From the NCBI GenBank assembly GCA_973895155.1, contig OZ316893.1, positions 1,860,860-1,924,859 on the forward strand: DNA of 64,000 nucleotides, in the 5' to 3' direction. The first letter of the stretch is position 1. Every line of letters begins with the position of its first letter. Shown piece by piece: positions 1 to 11,850 of this stretch. This DNA comes from Marsupella aquatica. Taxonomy: Eukaryota; Plantae; Marchantiophyta. Made by a program: the position numbers and the translations under genes. The notes under the pieces are model-generated. The model did no database searches, was not told where the DNA came from, and was given only the letters and a program-made list of their open reading frames with translations.

Positions 1-46
1 GGACCATAAATTTTTCCTCCCGACATACGCCATCGGGTCAAGACCC

Positions 47-236
47 CTTCATTCAGCCCCCGCGATTGGGGCAGAACAATGGCAGAATCAAGTGATGCAA
101 TGACTTGATTCTGAATCCCACATTTCTGCAGCGATGTCTAGACCCCAATGCCTTCATTCAGCCCCCGCCATTGGGGTAGAATCAAGTCATTGCATCACTT
201 GATTCTGAATCCCATGTTTCTGCAGCGATGTCTAGA
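47..236. repeat. Two tandem ~105-bp copies, each with an internal inverted repeat
   Basis: ccttcattcagccccc...gaatcaagt-N9-acttgattctgaatccca...tttctgcagcgatgtctaga occurs twice. Confidence 0.85.
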
Positions 237-1554
237 TGGTTGCGGGGAGACATGGGCCAGAAAAAGACTACTGTTGCACCAGAAATTGTTTATGTGACAT
301 TCATAGAACATAGCATAACAAGCAACAAGTATTTAGGCTTTGAAAATAACCGATTTCTGGCACCTGATCATGGTTGCCAATGTTTGTAATCTCAGGTCAC
401 AGGGTGGTCCAGGATTGGACACATGTGCACGTGTCCCACGACACTCCCTTGATTCGGAGCCCTTTGGAATTACACTCCATGTCCTCAGGCCATGGGGGAG
501 CCCTCGGGCGGTTACACCCATAACCCACGCCAGGCCCCCGAGTTACCCTGCACTTTTACAGTTATACGCCTGTGCTCTATACCAATTTGCTACCCCCCTT
601 GAGGCAGCTTGGGCCCTTATCAAATCTCAAACTTTTTAACTTCTCTCCGTTCATCTCTGCATCCTTAAATATACTTCTCTACCTAAGAACCCTCAACAGA
701 CCCATAGGATACCTTATTCAAAATCTCACTTCACTTACCTTGGCACAACTAAATGACAAAACTGCCTTACTTTCAACCTCTAGGGCTCTCTTCTCTTACC
801 CATTTCCCTTATCCTCTTAAACCACCACCGTCCACCAACTCCAGGGACGACAAAATAATGCACCTTTAACTTTTTTTAAGAATATCATTGGCTAATTTTT
901 ATAAGTTGAACCCACCATGTTTTGCTTCAGGGACAGTGGCGATCTAACAAAGGGGGTGGCTAGGCTCAAACCCTAAGCTCTGAACTGGATATTAGCTAGG
1001 TTATCCCTTCTGATATGGCGGGCACCCACCTCCTTTACCAGGCCACAAAAGACAAAAGGTTCTATATAGGAACAAGGGCACCTGACCCAACCCAACCCTA
1101 CCCTAGCTGACCAGACCAGACCTGAAGCCACCTGACCAGGCCAGAAAGGAAAAAGTAAAGGATTATGACAGTCTAGGCACAAGCTCACGAGGCTGTAACC
1201 TTGTCACTAGAAAGTGAAAAGTAACGAAGCATTCTGGGAGCAGGGTTCAGACTAGAACCCCAACCCAGACGGTCTAACAACAAAGAAATTTTGTACAGAA
1301 CAAAGTTATGGATCACAAGTATCCGAACAAGAGTCAAGAAATATCATGGACCCAAAGTTAAGGATCACAAGTTTCCCAAGAGGTTATAGAAATATCTTAA
1401 ACCCTTCCTCAATTTGTTCCTTTGTATGTGTGTATAAGGTTATGAGGCATTACCCCAGGCCAAGCCACAGAACCCTTGGGCCAGCCTGGCCTGGGGATTA
1501 TGAAATTTGAATGAGAAACATAGTAAAGCGCAAGTGGCAGAAAGTGTCGGATCA

Positions 1555-2372
1555 GACTTTTCCTATGTAAAACTGAACTTGAATGCTTTGTAAAAATTCA
1601 CTCTGGCTTTGCGCTTGGTAGCTCATCTTGGGGATGGGTTACCTTACACATGGACCTCCAGGAATAGTTAGGCATGTGTAACCTTTATTCCATGTAGCAT
1701 TTACGTTTTGTATAGGACCGGACCTGACCCTACATGACCGAACCTGAACCGAACCTAAACCAAACCTGAATTCCTAAGTAAAACTGAACTGAATGCTTTG
1801 TAAAAACTCACTCGGGCATTACACTTGGTAACTCATCTGAACAGATTTTTCTTATGTAAAACTGAACTGAATGCTTTGTAAAAATTCACTCAAGCTCTAC
1901 ACTTAGATACCTCATCTTGGGGATGGGTTACCCTACACATGGACCTCCAGGAATAGTTACACATGTGTAACCTTTATTCCATGTAGCATTTATGTTTTGT
2001 ATAGGACCGGACCCAACCCTACGTGACTGAACCTGAAACGAACCTGAACCTAACCTGAATTCCTAACTAAAACTGAACTGAATGCTTTGTAAAAACTCCA
2101 CTCTGGCATTAACCTTGGTAACTCATGAACTGAATGCTTTGTAAAAACTCCACTCTGGCATTAACCTTGGTAACTCATCTCGGGGATGGGGGGGATGGGA
2201 TACCCTACACATGGACCTCCAGGAATAGTGACACATGTGTAACCTTTATTCCATGCAGCATTTACGTTTTGTATAGGACCGGACCCGACCCTACGTGACC
2301 GAACCTGACCCGAACCTGAACCGAACCTGAATCGAACTTGAATCGAACCTGAGCCGAACCGACCCGACCACG
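1555..2372. repeat. Composite tandem array upstream of the S26-like gene (3 long units plus partial units, CCGAACCTGA sub-repeats)
   Basis: ggatggg..accctacacatggacctccaggaatagt...gtataggaccggacc recurs at about 1632, 1921 and 2196. aactgaatgctttgtaaaa recurs about 5 times. Confidence 0.9.
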
Positions 2373-3592
2373 CTTTTACGCGCTGTCCACAAGATCCCTT
2401 CTTCATTCCTGTCCCGAGTCCCGTTGTCGTCGCATCCATCTGGATTCATTTGGATTCTCTGATTTCCATTCGCTCTCTCTCTTCTCTCTTTTCTCTCTCT
2501 CTGTGTCTCTCAGTCCCCTCCTACTTACTGCACGAGCAGCACACAATTGCTTTCTTTCGCCACTCGGCCACCTCTCCTCTGCTCTGGCTGGAATTCTCGC
2601 TTGCGCTTGTGTCTCTCCTCTCCTCCTCTCTGCTGTGGCGATTTGCCGAGTCGATCGGCTCCCATTCTGGTGCCTGGGCGCACATTCTCTGCCTTGCTTC
2701 TCGTGTCGGTCATACGCAACCTTCGTCTTCATCCCCTGCTCCTCTCGCTCGCTGGGGTGATCGTTTGATTCATTGATGGTGAGCGGAAGCAAGGCCGGTT
2801 TGTAAATGTATACATCTGTGTATTATATTATGCTGTGAGGTGATTCGGGTTGTGAGAACAGGCTGGAGACTTTGGGGTGGCAAGAGTGGAAGGACGGAGA
2901 GTCAAGAGACGATTGAGGATGTGCAAGAGGAGGAGATTCGGAGAGCAGGGGTGACGGACGGAGGAGTTTGGGAAGACGCGGCACGGGGGAGACGGAAGCA
3001 GAGAGGGAGGTACGGATGGATGGTGTGGTGGTTTCTATTAGGTGATATGGTAGAATGGCAATCCGACTGTGATTGGCCGTGAAATCCTTTCTTTCTCCGC
3101 AGTCGGCAGGAAAGCGAGTGGGGCGCACTTTTTCTGTATGTTCTTATGTCTAGGCCTCTTTGTTGGAAGGTTTTTCTGTTGAATTATTTAGGTCTGGCTA
3201 CCATGCACTAATGTTTTTGCATGATTGTGGCTTTAGCCATACGAATTGTTCTTGTTAGGTTAGATCGCCCACCATTCCCATATGCACTTGTGGAAGTCCC
3301 CGAACCTAGATTGCGAGATAGAGGGATTGACCCTTTTTGTGCAGTTCTGCTCACGATCGTTTCCGCAAGGTCGAACGAATCACGGGCCCTAAAATCAATT
3401 CTACAATGGTCCAAAATATACTTATGAATCTCCTCCCCAAGTATAAGGCCAGTCGTCGAGCGTTAGGTCTTTGACAGGGCAGCTATGTGGGGTAGTGATC
3501 AGCTCGTGGTGTGCTATAAAACTAAAGCTTGCACCTGGTGGTTTACATATGTGGCAGGCCCGTGGGTCCGGGTCCGTGCAAAGTAAGGGATC

Positions 3593-5915
3593 ATGGCGTT
3601 CGTTTGGGCTCGCTACCTCCTTACAAAAGTGAAGGCATCTTTTGCGGACAGCGTTAAGGTGCTCTTCTTTGGCGCTGTTATTTTAATGTCCTGTGTTCCT
3701 GCTGATCACTGAAAATTCCGATTTGCACGTACAATACACACCAGATGGGAACTACAGTTGTGACTTGGCCATTTGGCTTGCCGGACAGTCGAAGATCAGG
3801 AGCTCTGCTATCATCTACACCAAGGATTGAAGAACATAATATGTTGATTTTAATTGTAGGGTCTCACCCTTCACAGAAATGTTGTACATAGAGAACATTG
3901 TATGTGACACGGGTTTTTTGTGGGGCCTAATAGAAGTTAACGTGGGTCACAGAGGTTGGAGCGTGGTGAAATTAGAGAAAGGGATCTATTTAATACAACG
4001 CTCAGAAAAGTGTTGCGAGAACGGCTGACGTACAAGTACTTGATTAAAGGAGAAGAAATGACTCCGACTTTTGTCAGCGAAGGCGAAAATGTACTCGTTA
4101 GATCTATCACAACGCCATCTGCAAGGTATCTTTCTTCTCTGGTCTTGATGTCTCATAAGAGAAGCTACTCCACCCTGGATTCTTTCATGTTATGGTCGTG
4201 CCGATTGGCCATACGTTAATCGGATGTGTGATTGATCCCTATGGAGGACCCTTGATTGTTCAACTTATTTTCTCTTGTTTGCACTACCGTTGCTACTGCA
4301 AGAGGAGACTGCACGATTCTTTGGTTGGCTATGCGAAGTAGGCGACTGAAAAAGACGGGCTGGTAACGCTTGAGAGATTATAATTTGTGCATGTCTCTTA
4401 AGATGAAAACAGTTAAGATTGTTTTCACTTATACTGAATGGCTTTGATCATTGCGTGTAAAGCCTTTTAAGTAGTTATTGATCTTTGGGATATCGTATTC
4501 AAACTCGCAGCAGTCTGAGGTAATTCATTGTAGGGGCTCTCTGTGGATGCCTGCCCTCATATAATGAGCATATCGATGGTGTTGAGACTTTATACCCTGA
4601 ATGGATTGATCTCTTTGCAACCTTTAGGTTTACTGATGATTGGGAACTCCAGCTTTTTCGAACAGGAATTATAGAGCCTTACTTAACTGAGAAGGGAATT
4701 ACGCAACTGTTGTTCCCATCAGGATAGAAGGGGATTTACAGTTTTATTACGTTTCAGGCATGGACAGTAATTTAAAGAGGGAAAATCCTTGACCTAATTA
4801 AGAGGCTCACAATTTTTTGTCCAGAGCTTTTTATATTCTTGGAATATCCTTTGGATTTTTACTGAACACCTTGATACGAGTGGGATTTGCAGATGCCCTC
4901 TTTTCCGTTGAATTCGCAATCCTGTAATTTGCTTATGAACCTCTTCCTATCAGCTTCATCTATTATAAAGCTGCCAGGAGTTTCAATTTGAATGCAGTAT
5001 GTTTGCCCACTACATACGTTTTGGAAATGGTCGTGGCATCTGTGAGAGATCTCTGTGAGCAAGCCTTTTCGTATCAAGAGGTTGGTGAATCCAAAGATTT
5101 CTAAAAATGTCAGAAAATGGATGACCTGGGGTACCAATTAACGTCGTCTGGGGTTAAGTTTCTTCGCTCTCCTGATTTTCCAGGTCTGTTTTTGTCAGTG
5201 ATGTGGTAATGCTGAGACATCCAACGGATCCAAGTAGAAAACTTGTTCGACGCGTAGCAGCTGTGGAAGGTGATGAGATGCTGTCTTCCAATGACCTGGA
5301 CGAGCCATTCAAGCTTGAAAGAGGACTTTGCTGGGTGCTTTGTGACAACCCATCTATAGACTTTAAGGTACTTCCATGGACACGAAGGCGCTATCAGTTG
5401 AGATGGTTTTGTACTACATGACCTTGGCCGATGGTCATTTGAGGTTTTTGGATTCGAAACTTGATTTAATATTTTGTTATTCCCCCATCGAAACTTCCGT
5501 TTGTCCATGCCGAATGGAATATCCTGGAATCTTCTCTCAGTTTGTAGGATGAAAATCAATGATAGAATTGTATTGGGTTGTTTGACCTTTCGTTAAATGT
5601 AGGAGGCGCAAGATAGCAGAACCTTTGGGCCACTAGCTGTGAGCAATATTGAAGGCAGAGTCATATACTTCCGGCGTTCTACAGTTGATCATGGTCCTGT
5701 GTTGAACAGGTATGCCCTAATTTGTCATGGAAAGTATTTGAACTTTGATCATATGACGTGGTTATCTTCATAATCTGGCTATATGTACTGTGCCATAGTT
5801 GGATGTACTATCTAAGGGGCATCACGATGATGGCTGCAGTGACGAGGCAATGGAGGAGGATTCAGCCGTCTTGGCGATGGAGCTCGATGTAGATGATTTG
5901 TCTGGACAATCTTAA
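3593..5915 (+). CDS. Peptidase S24/S26 family, mitochondrial inner-membrane protease (IMP)-like protein, ~201 aa
   Basis: Exons 3593-3658, 3953-4125, 5184-5367, 5603-5709, 5840-5915, all GT-AG and in phase. Motifs GEEMTPT, DVVMLRHP, LVRRVAAVEGDEM, CWVLCDN, DSRTFGP, GRVIY, DHGPVLNS and ELDVD match the plant At1g06200-type family as I recall it. Confidence 0.9.
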
Positions 5916-7433
5916 CTTAATACCAAGCCAACACCATTTTGTTGCACAATTCTGAAGGTCTTGCAAATTAGAAAGCTTATTGTGAGCAGTGGAAAATGGT
6001 TGCTTCCGTGTGTTTCAAGTGCTTAAATTCAGGTGATATATGAATGGTAAACTGCCCAAGAAATGTCGTGGCACATCCACGGTTCCCACATGGGCGTCAG
6101 CGCTAAGCAAGCTCATTGGTCCTGGCTCAAATAGAACGTGGTTTTGCCGGACTATCTGTTGATATGATGTTGTATTGAGGCAAAAGGAGCATGAATCTCT
6201 GTGGCTCACAATAGGATTAGGCAGCCAGGTGGGGTCTCTGTGTCGACCACTGTTATCTGGTACACATCTCTGTGAAGTTCAGACCACCCTCTCTGAGATG
6301 TTCAATGGGGTCCTTGATGTTCATAGGAGGCCAGTCAGACTGTCAATTTGAGATCCTCTCCTGGGTAGCATCTTGGGCTGATTTTGGCAAGGCTGTTAGT
6401 GAACACCTTTTGAGTGTTGAATTGTGGCATTCGCTTGTGAGTAACACTCCTGCAGAGTTCCTTCCTCTCGGGTCTGTTGTAGCAATACTTGCGGTCGGAA
6501 TGATGATTAGCAAATTATTAGGACAGTGAGATTATGTCCTCTGTAGTATTTTTTGGATTCTCGGCTTGCTAAAACATTAGGGCAAGTCTGTTGTTTTTCC
6601 ATCAAAAGTAAATTAACGATGGTGAGTTCGAAAGGTGACATTTCTCCTGATATATTGAGTCTTCACAGCAGGTGCTCTTGTGTTGCACGAGTGCGGTGTT
6701 CTCCTCAAGGATGCTCTTTCAAAGCATTTCTGCAGACTGGTCGCAGATTAGCCATATATTCAGAAGGTGATGAGAAGGTTGGCGTCTCTCGATACGTATG
6801 GCAGCAGATATAGGGACTCATATTCTTGGTGAGAAAAACCGTAGTTTCCTTTGTTGTTAACGATGGCGCCAAATGTTACCAGATCACCGATGCTCTTTCA
6901 CATTAGGTGAATGCTAAGGCCTGAATCAGGCTTCCAGGCTGCCAAATGTATTAATCAACCAGGTCAGTCGCACTCTATTTAATACTCAAGGGTTCAAAAA
7001 TTCACTTCGACCGTTATGTTCGGGCTTGGAAAATACGTATGCATATCAACTAGGCCTCTTATTGAGCTTAGATGTCTTTGAAACCAGCATAGGAAACCGC
7101 AAAGCTCAAGAAAAGGCTGAGAAAGCACCCGGGCATAAGCTACTGCCTCAAAGTGGTCTCTCGTTCAGTTGTAAATAATCACAATAAGGCTTTGTAACCA
7201 AGGACTGAAGATCGTAGGGTCGTCCAGTCATAACCGTAAAATAGGGAACCTTTAAAAGATTCTCCAAACCAAGTTGAGTGACCTGGGATAGGCAAATGCT
7301 GAACAAGAACAGTGATGGAAATCTATCCCTTGATCCGGGGAAAGCAATTTATGACAGATGGGGTTCATAGGCGAGAACGTAAGGAGAAACGAAGTTATTA
7401 AAGATATCTGCACTTTACCATGTTGAAGTACAT

Positions 7434-7499
7434 GCTTGGACCGGTGGTACTGTCTTCCGTGTGGCTGCTTGGACCGGTGGTACTGTCTTCCGTGTGGCT
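7434..7499. repeat. Perfect 33-bp tandem duplication
   Basis: gcttggaccggtggtactgtcttccgtgtggct x2. Confidence 0.9.
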
Positions 7500-8314
7500 T
7501 CAGGGGCGTTTACTTCCTTGGTTCAGGCAATTGATCTACTTGGCTCTCACAGCTTGTACGATTGTGTCAGTTTTTTGAACTGGAACAGATCCTCCAGAGC
7601 ATTAAAAAGAAATATTGAGTCTAGCAATAGCAGTTTCGTTTCTCTCGAGTCTGATCCTTGTCGTGTCTGGAATTTCAGTGCCACTCTCGTTTTGAGTCAT
7701 AGGTCATTGACAGTGCCCGAACTTCGTTATTCTTTCAAAGCACGTCTTTACCCGATGGTTGCTGGGTTTGAAAATCATTGTGAAGAAAAGAGGGGTGAGA
7801 CGGCTACTCCAGTATTTTCAAGCTTTGTTAAGTGCCAGAGTCCCAGAGGGTTTTAGCCTATTGACAACATGCCAGTACCATAGATAGGATAGCATATGCT
7901 GTGTCTTGTGCCGCAGTCTCATTTTACAAGATGGACACTCGACTGTGGTGGCCAAATGCAACGCAAACTGAACTCCACCAGTCAGTTTTTACTTCTTACT
8001 ATACGATAGTGTTCACACGGCAAGATGGCTTTCTACATGGTGAAGGTCAGGTAGCTGACATGACCCATTGGACAAAGGCAAGTCAATTTGGCACCTAGGA
8101 TCATGGGCCTCTGATGGACGAAAAGTGTTCGGCTGGTTAGGAAGCTGCAGACATAAAGCTCGATCCAGAAATGGCAAACTGTGGCTATTGTTGTGCAGAT
8201 GTCCAACAGGGAAACCTTGATGACTTGTAGAACGTCAATTCTGGCCCCGTCAGAGCTGCGAAGCCTGCCTTGGTCTTCTTCTTGTTTCCAGCACATTCTC
8301 GGACGTCGTTTAGC

Positions 8315-8414
8315 TCGACAAATATGAATCTCCCGATGGGAAGGACAGCGAACCTGGAAAGACATCGACAAATATGAATCTCCCGATGGGAAGGACAGCG
8401 AACCTGGAAAGACA
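8315..8414. repeat. Perfect 50-bp tandem duplication
   Basis: tcgacaaatatgaatctcccgatgggaaggacagcgaacctggaaagaca x2. Confidence 0.9.
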
Positions 8415-9146
8415 GGAATGAGTCTGAGGTAGCAATCGCCCCGGTGAGGATTTCCTCACTAGCCTAGAACCCCTGAACGTTTTGTCGTCACACACACACT
8501 ATTCTCTCCGCCCACCACTTCAATGTAACAATCGTCTGGCTTTTTCTGCCCTGGTTAGAGTCCTCCATCACCGCATGGACAAGGGAAACACACGGGGAAG
8601 CATCAATTGTGCTACAGGATGGGCCCGAGGTCAGCCTTTTGAGAAGGCAAGACGACACCTTAGACAAGGTCCACCAGGATGCTAGCAGATGGCAAATTCC
8701 GCGATGCAACTTTTCTGTAGTACCAGCTCTTCGAAGAAAGGGACCAATGTGGCGAGGGCCGTGTACGAGTGGCCCTAAGGCATTAATGCGTCGAAGTCTC
8801 TTCGAAAGGTTTCCACCAACAGGAGCTCGAGACTTAGCAGTCCAAGACTCTGTAATACCATCACGACGGAAGACCGAAACCCCACATATGCATCCTGCAC
8901 CCAGATCCCACGAACTTATCGAGGAGATATAAGTGAAGAGTAACTATAATTTGGAATCTTGGATCGGTAATGACTCGTTCCGACAACACTGCAGGAGTGC
9001 AGCTGAAGCACACAGCTCGAGAAGACTTGAAGACGTTTCCAGAGAAATTGAAAGCTCCAACATACTGAATGGAAAGAGGCTATCCTCGGTCCTCGGCGTC
9101 AGTCTCCCTGGAAGGAAGAGGAGAAAATGTAGGCCATGAGGCTTCC

Positions 9147-10718
9147 CTACAGCAAATCGAAGCCACTAATGAGCTCGATTCTCACTGTTCCGCGCGCTCC
9201 AGAGCCGAGACAGACAGCAGGGTAGTACGTCCCTTCCGGAAGGTTAGCCCATGCCTCTCCGAACTCCTGGCCATCGATAGAAAAGGAGCAAGAATGGAGG
9301 AACATATCCAACCGCACTCTAACTCGAGCACCCAGGTACCCGACATATTTATTCCACGATCCATCCAGCTCTTTCCCCTGCTTAATGTAAGCCCCACACC
9401 CATCCAGTCGCAGAGCCCACCCACTGGGATGCTGCGCCAAGCTCGCCCCGTCAAAATTGGGATTTCCAGAATGCATGTAGATGCCCACCTCGCAGAACGA
9501 GAGGCTGAGCTCCTCGATGACGATATCCCACACATACACACCGTAAGGCTTACAAATGGCATTGGAAGCCCTGGCAAATCCAATCCTAGCGTCACACTTC
9601 TCGATCACGGATCTGTTCTCCCTAATTCGGTAGAAGCTTCCATGGGCTGTGTCCTCCCACGTGCCCTTGGCCACTCTCGGCCGTTGCAAAGCATGGTATC
9701 TCAGAGCTGCAATAAGCACTGTGGGAGGGATGATGGCTAAGGGCTCCATTACAGTGATGAGCAGCTCAGGGTGAATTCTCCGAAGATCAATCATCGACAG
9801 GAGAGTCGCCACAGAGCTCGACATACTGACGTTGTTCTTCAGCTCGAGAAACTGATCCAATCGGCTTGCGTCCTCTTCCTCTGACGCTTTACAGTTTCCT
9901 AGATCCTTCATCAGCACTGGAGATTCGAACTCCACCTCCGGGGGATCCTTCAGCAGCTGGATGGAGGCTTTTTCATCTGGTAGGTAAGGTCTGATAATCT
10001 CCTCCGCCTCCTCAGGCTCAGCCAAGAAGTGGCAAGAGCTCCAGAGAATGATCTGCCTGAACCGCAGGTATTCGCCCAGAGACAAACCTTCACTGCTGCC
10101 GCCCCGTTTAGCCATCAGGTATTCGAAGGCTCCCTGGGACAGCAAACGAAGGGGGCCGGGCTCCAAGTACTTGGAGTTCAGAATTCGCACTAACTCTAGG
10201 GGAATGCACTCCATGCTGTCAAACAAGGTGGGGAAATCCATGGCCACTGATAAGTTGCTTGCTGCTACTCTCATGTCCCCCGGGGACACCTCGAACGTCC
10301 CCTCCACGAGTAACTCCCAGACGATCTGCTCGAGATTCTCAAGGAGAAAGAATCTGGCAGCACTTATGATCTCTAAGGCCGTTCTCCAGGATGCCGGGGC
10401 ATGCTCCACCAGAGTCCCCGTGTAGAGAAACTCGAAGATGGAGAGGAGAACGGGAGAGGAGATGGCCTGTAAGGAGATCTCGGACTTGCGGGACTCGGCC
10501 ATTCCGTTCATGAGCATGCTCTTCAAGACGGGAGATCTCGCACAGAGCAGGACCCGGCAAGCATGCACTCTCTCTCCGTCCTCGCACACGAACACCACGT
10601 CGCTAAGCTCCTCGTTGTTCAGCATCTTACGCTGGTCCGCCTGCAGGTCTGCGACGGCTAGGTCTCGTGCTCGTGCAGCTTTCTCCAAAATTCTTGCCTT
10701 CACCGATGGGGCCTCCAT
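9147..10718 (-). CDS. Intronless BTB/POZ - BACK-like - SPRY/B30.2 protein, 523 aa (putative CUL3 substrate adaptor)
   Basis: Single ORF. BTB: SDVVFVCEDGERVHACRVLLCARSPVLKSMLMNGMAES...IFEFLYTG. SPRY: GVYVWDIVIE...EVGI...GWAL...VRVRLDM...CSFSIDG...AWANLP..YYPAVCL. Confidence 0.9.
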   Translation of the reverse strand: MEAPSVKARILEKAARARDLAVADLQADQRKMLNNEELSDVVFVCEDGERVHACRVLLCARSPVLKSMLMNGMAESRKSEISLQAISSPVLLSIFEFLYTGTLVEHAPASWRTALEIISAARFFLLENLEQIVWELLVEGTFEVSPGDMRVAASNLSVAMDFPTLFDSMECIPLELVRILNSKYLEPGPLRLLSQGAFEYLMAKRGGSSEGLSLGEYLRFRQIILWSSCHFLAEPEEAEEIIRPYLPDEKASIQLLKDPPEVEFESPVLMKDLGNCKASEEEDASRLDQFLELKNNVSMSSSVATLLSMIDLRRIHPELLITVMEPLAIIPPTVLIAALRYHALQRPRVAKGTWEDTAHGSFYRIRENRSVIEKCDARIGFARASNAICKPYGVYVWDIVIEELSLSFCEVGIYMHSGNPNFDGASLAQHPSGWALRLDGCGAYIKQGKELDGSWNKYVGYLGARVRVRLDMFLHSCSFSIDGQEFGEAWANLPEGTYYPAVCLGSGARGTVRIELISGFDLL

Positions 10719-10786
10719 TGATGCACTCCTACGCTCGCTGCCTCCCTCCTTTCACCTTCAAACTGTCACCTCTACTCTCCTCGGAC

Positions 10787-11850
10787 CCTTCTCACCCACA
10801 CCTCACCCCCTGTCACATCCCTGGTAGTTCTCTGCTTCGCCTGAACCCTGCAGCTGGGAAGATTTTCGGGAAGATTATCGGATATAGACTCCCTTCCAAG
10901 CAAGGATGGTCTTCAAAGTTCACTGAGAAGAGCCAGAAAGAGAGACAGAGATATGCCAATTCCCGATGAGAAGGATCAGAAGAGAAACGAGTACAATCGT
11001 GTTGCAACCCCCTGTATCAGATACAGACTCCCTTCCACCCTTCTCACCCACACCTCACCCCCTGTCACATCCCTGGTAGTTCTCTGCTTCGCCTGAACCC
11101 TGCAGCTGGGAAGATTTTCGGGAAGATTATCGGATATAGACTCCCTTCCAAGCAAGGATGGTCTTCAAAGTTCACTGAGAAGAGCCAGAAAGAGAGACAC
11201 AGATATGCCAATTCCCGATGAGAAGGATCAGAAGAGAAACGAGTACAATCGTGTTGCAACCCCCTGTATCAGATACAGACTCCCTTCCAAGCAAGTAATG
11301 GCAAGGATTGTCTTCAAAGTTCACTGAGAAGTGCCAGAAAGAGAGACAGAGATATGGCAATTCCCCATGAGAAGGATCAGAAGAGAAACGAGTGCAATCG
11401 TGTTGCAACCCCCTGTATCAGATACAGACTCCCTTCCAAGCAGGGAATGGCAAGAACGGTCTTCAAAGTACATTGACAAGAGCCAGAAAGAGAAGCAGAG
11501 ATATTCCAATTCCCCATGAGAAGGATCAGACGAGAAACGAGTGCAATTGTGTTGCAATCCCCTGTATCGGATACAGACTCCCTCCCAAGCAAGGAATGGC
11601 AATGATGGTCTTCAAAGTACACTGATAAGAGCCAGAAAGAGAGACAGAGATATTCCGATTCCCTATGAGAAGGATCAGACGAGAAACGAGTGCAATTGTG
11701 TTGCAACCTCCTGTATCGGATACAGACTCCCTTCCAAGCAGGAAAAGGCAAGGCTGGTCTTCAAAGTCCACTGAGAAGAGCTAGAAACAGCGATATAGAA
11801 ATGCCAATTCCCCATGAGAAGGACCAGAAGAGAAACGAGTGCAATTGTGT
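10787..11850. repeat. Tandem array of ~149-bp units including a 252-bp duplication, directly upstream of the BTB-SPRY ATG
   Basis: gata(c/t)agactccct(t/c)cca starts at about 10882, 11020, 11133, 11272, 11421, 11570 and 11719 (149-bp period in the distal part). 10787-11038 is duplicated at about 11039-11290. Confidence 0.95.

Noticed and set aside
7000-9140. Short ORFs between the S26-like and BTB-SPRY genes
   Set aside because: The frames I translated gave no consistent frame or motif.
9069-9740. 223-aa plus-strand ORF
   Set aside because: Antisense shadow of the BTB-SPRY CDS with no recognisable motifs.
10787-11850. Regularly spaced repeats as a CRISPR array, and the repeated MQHDCTRFSSDP ORFs as genes
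   Set aside because: Whole ~149-bp units repeat with no unique spacers, there are no cas genes and the context is eukaryotic. The ORFs are by-products of the repeat.
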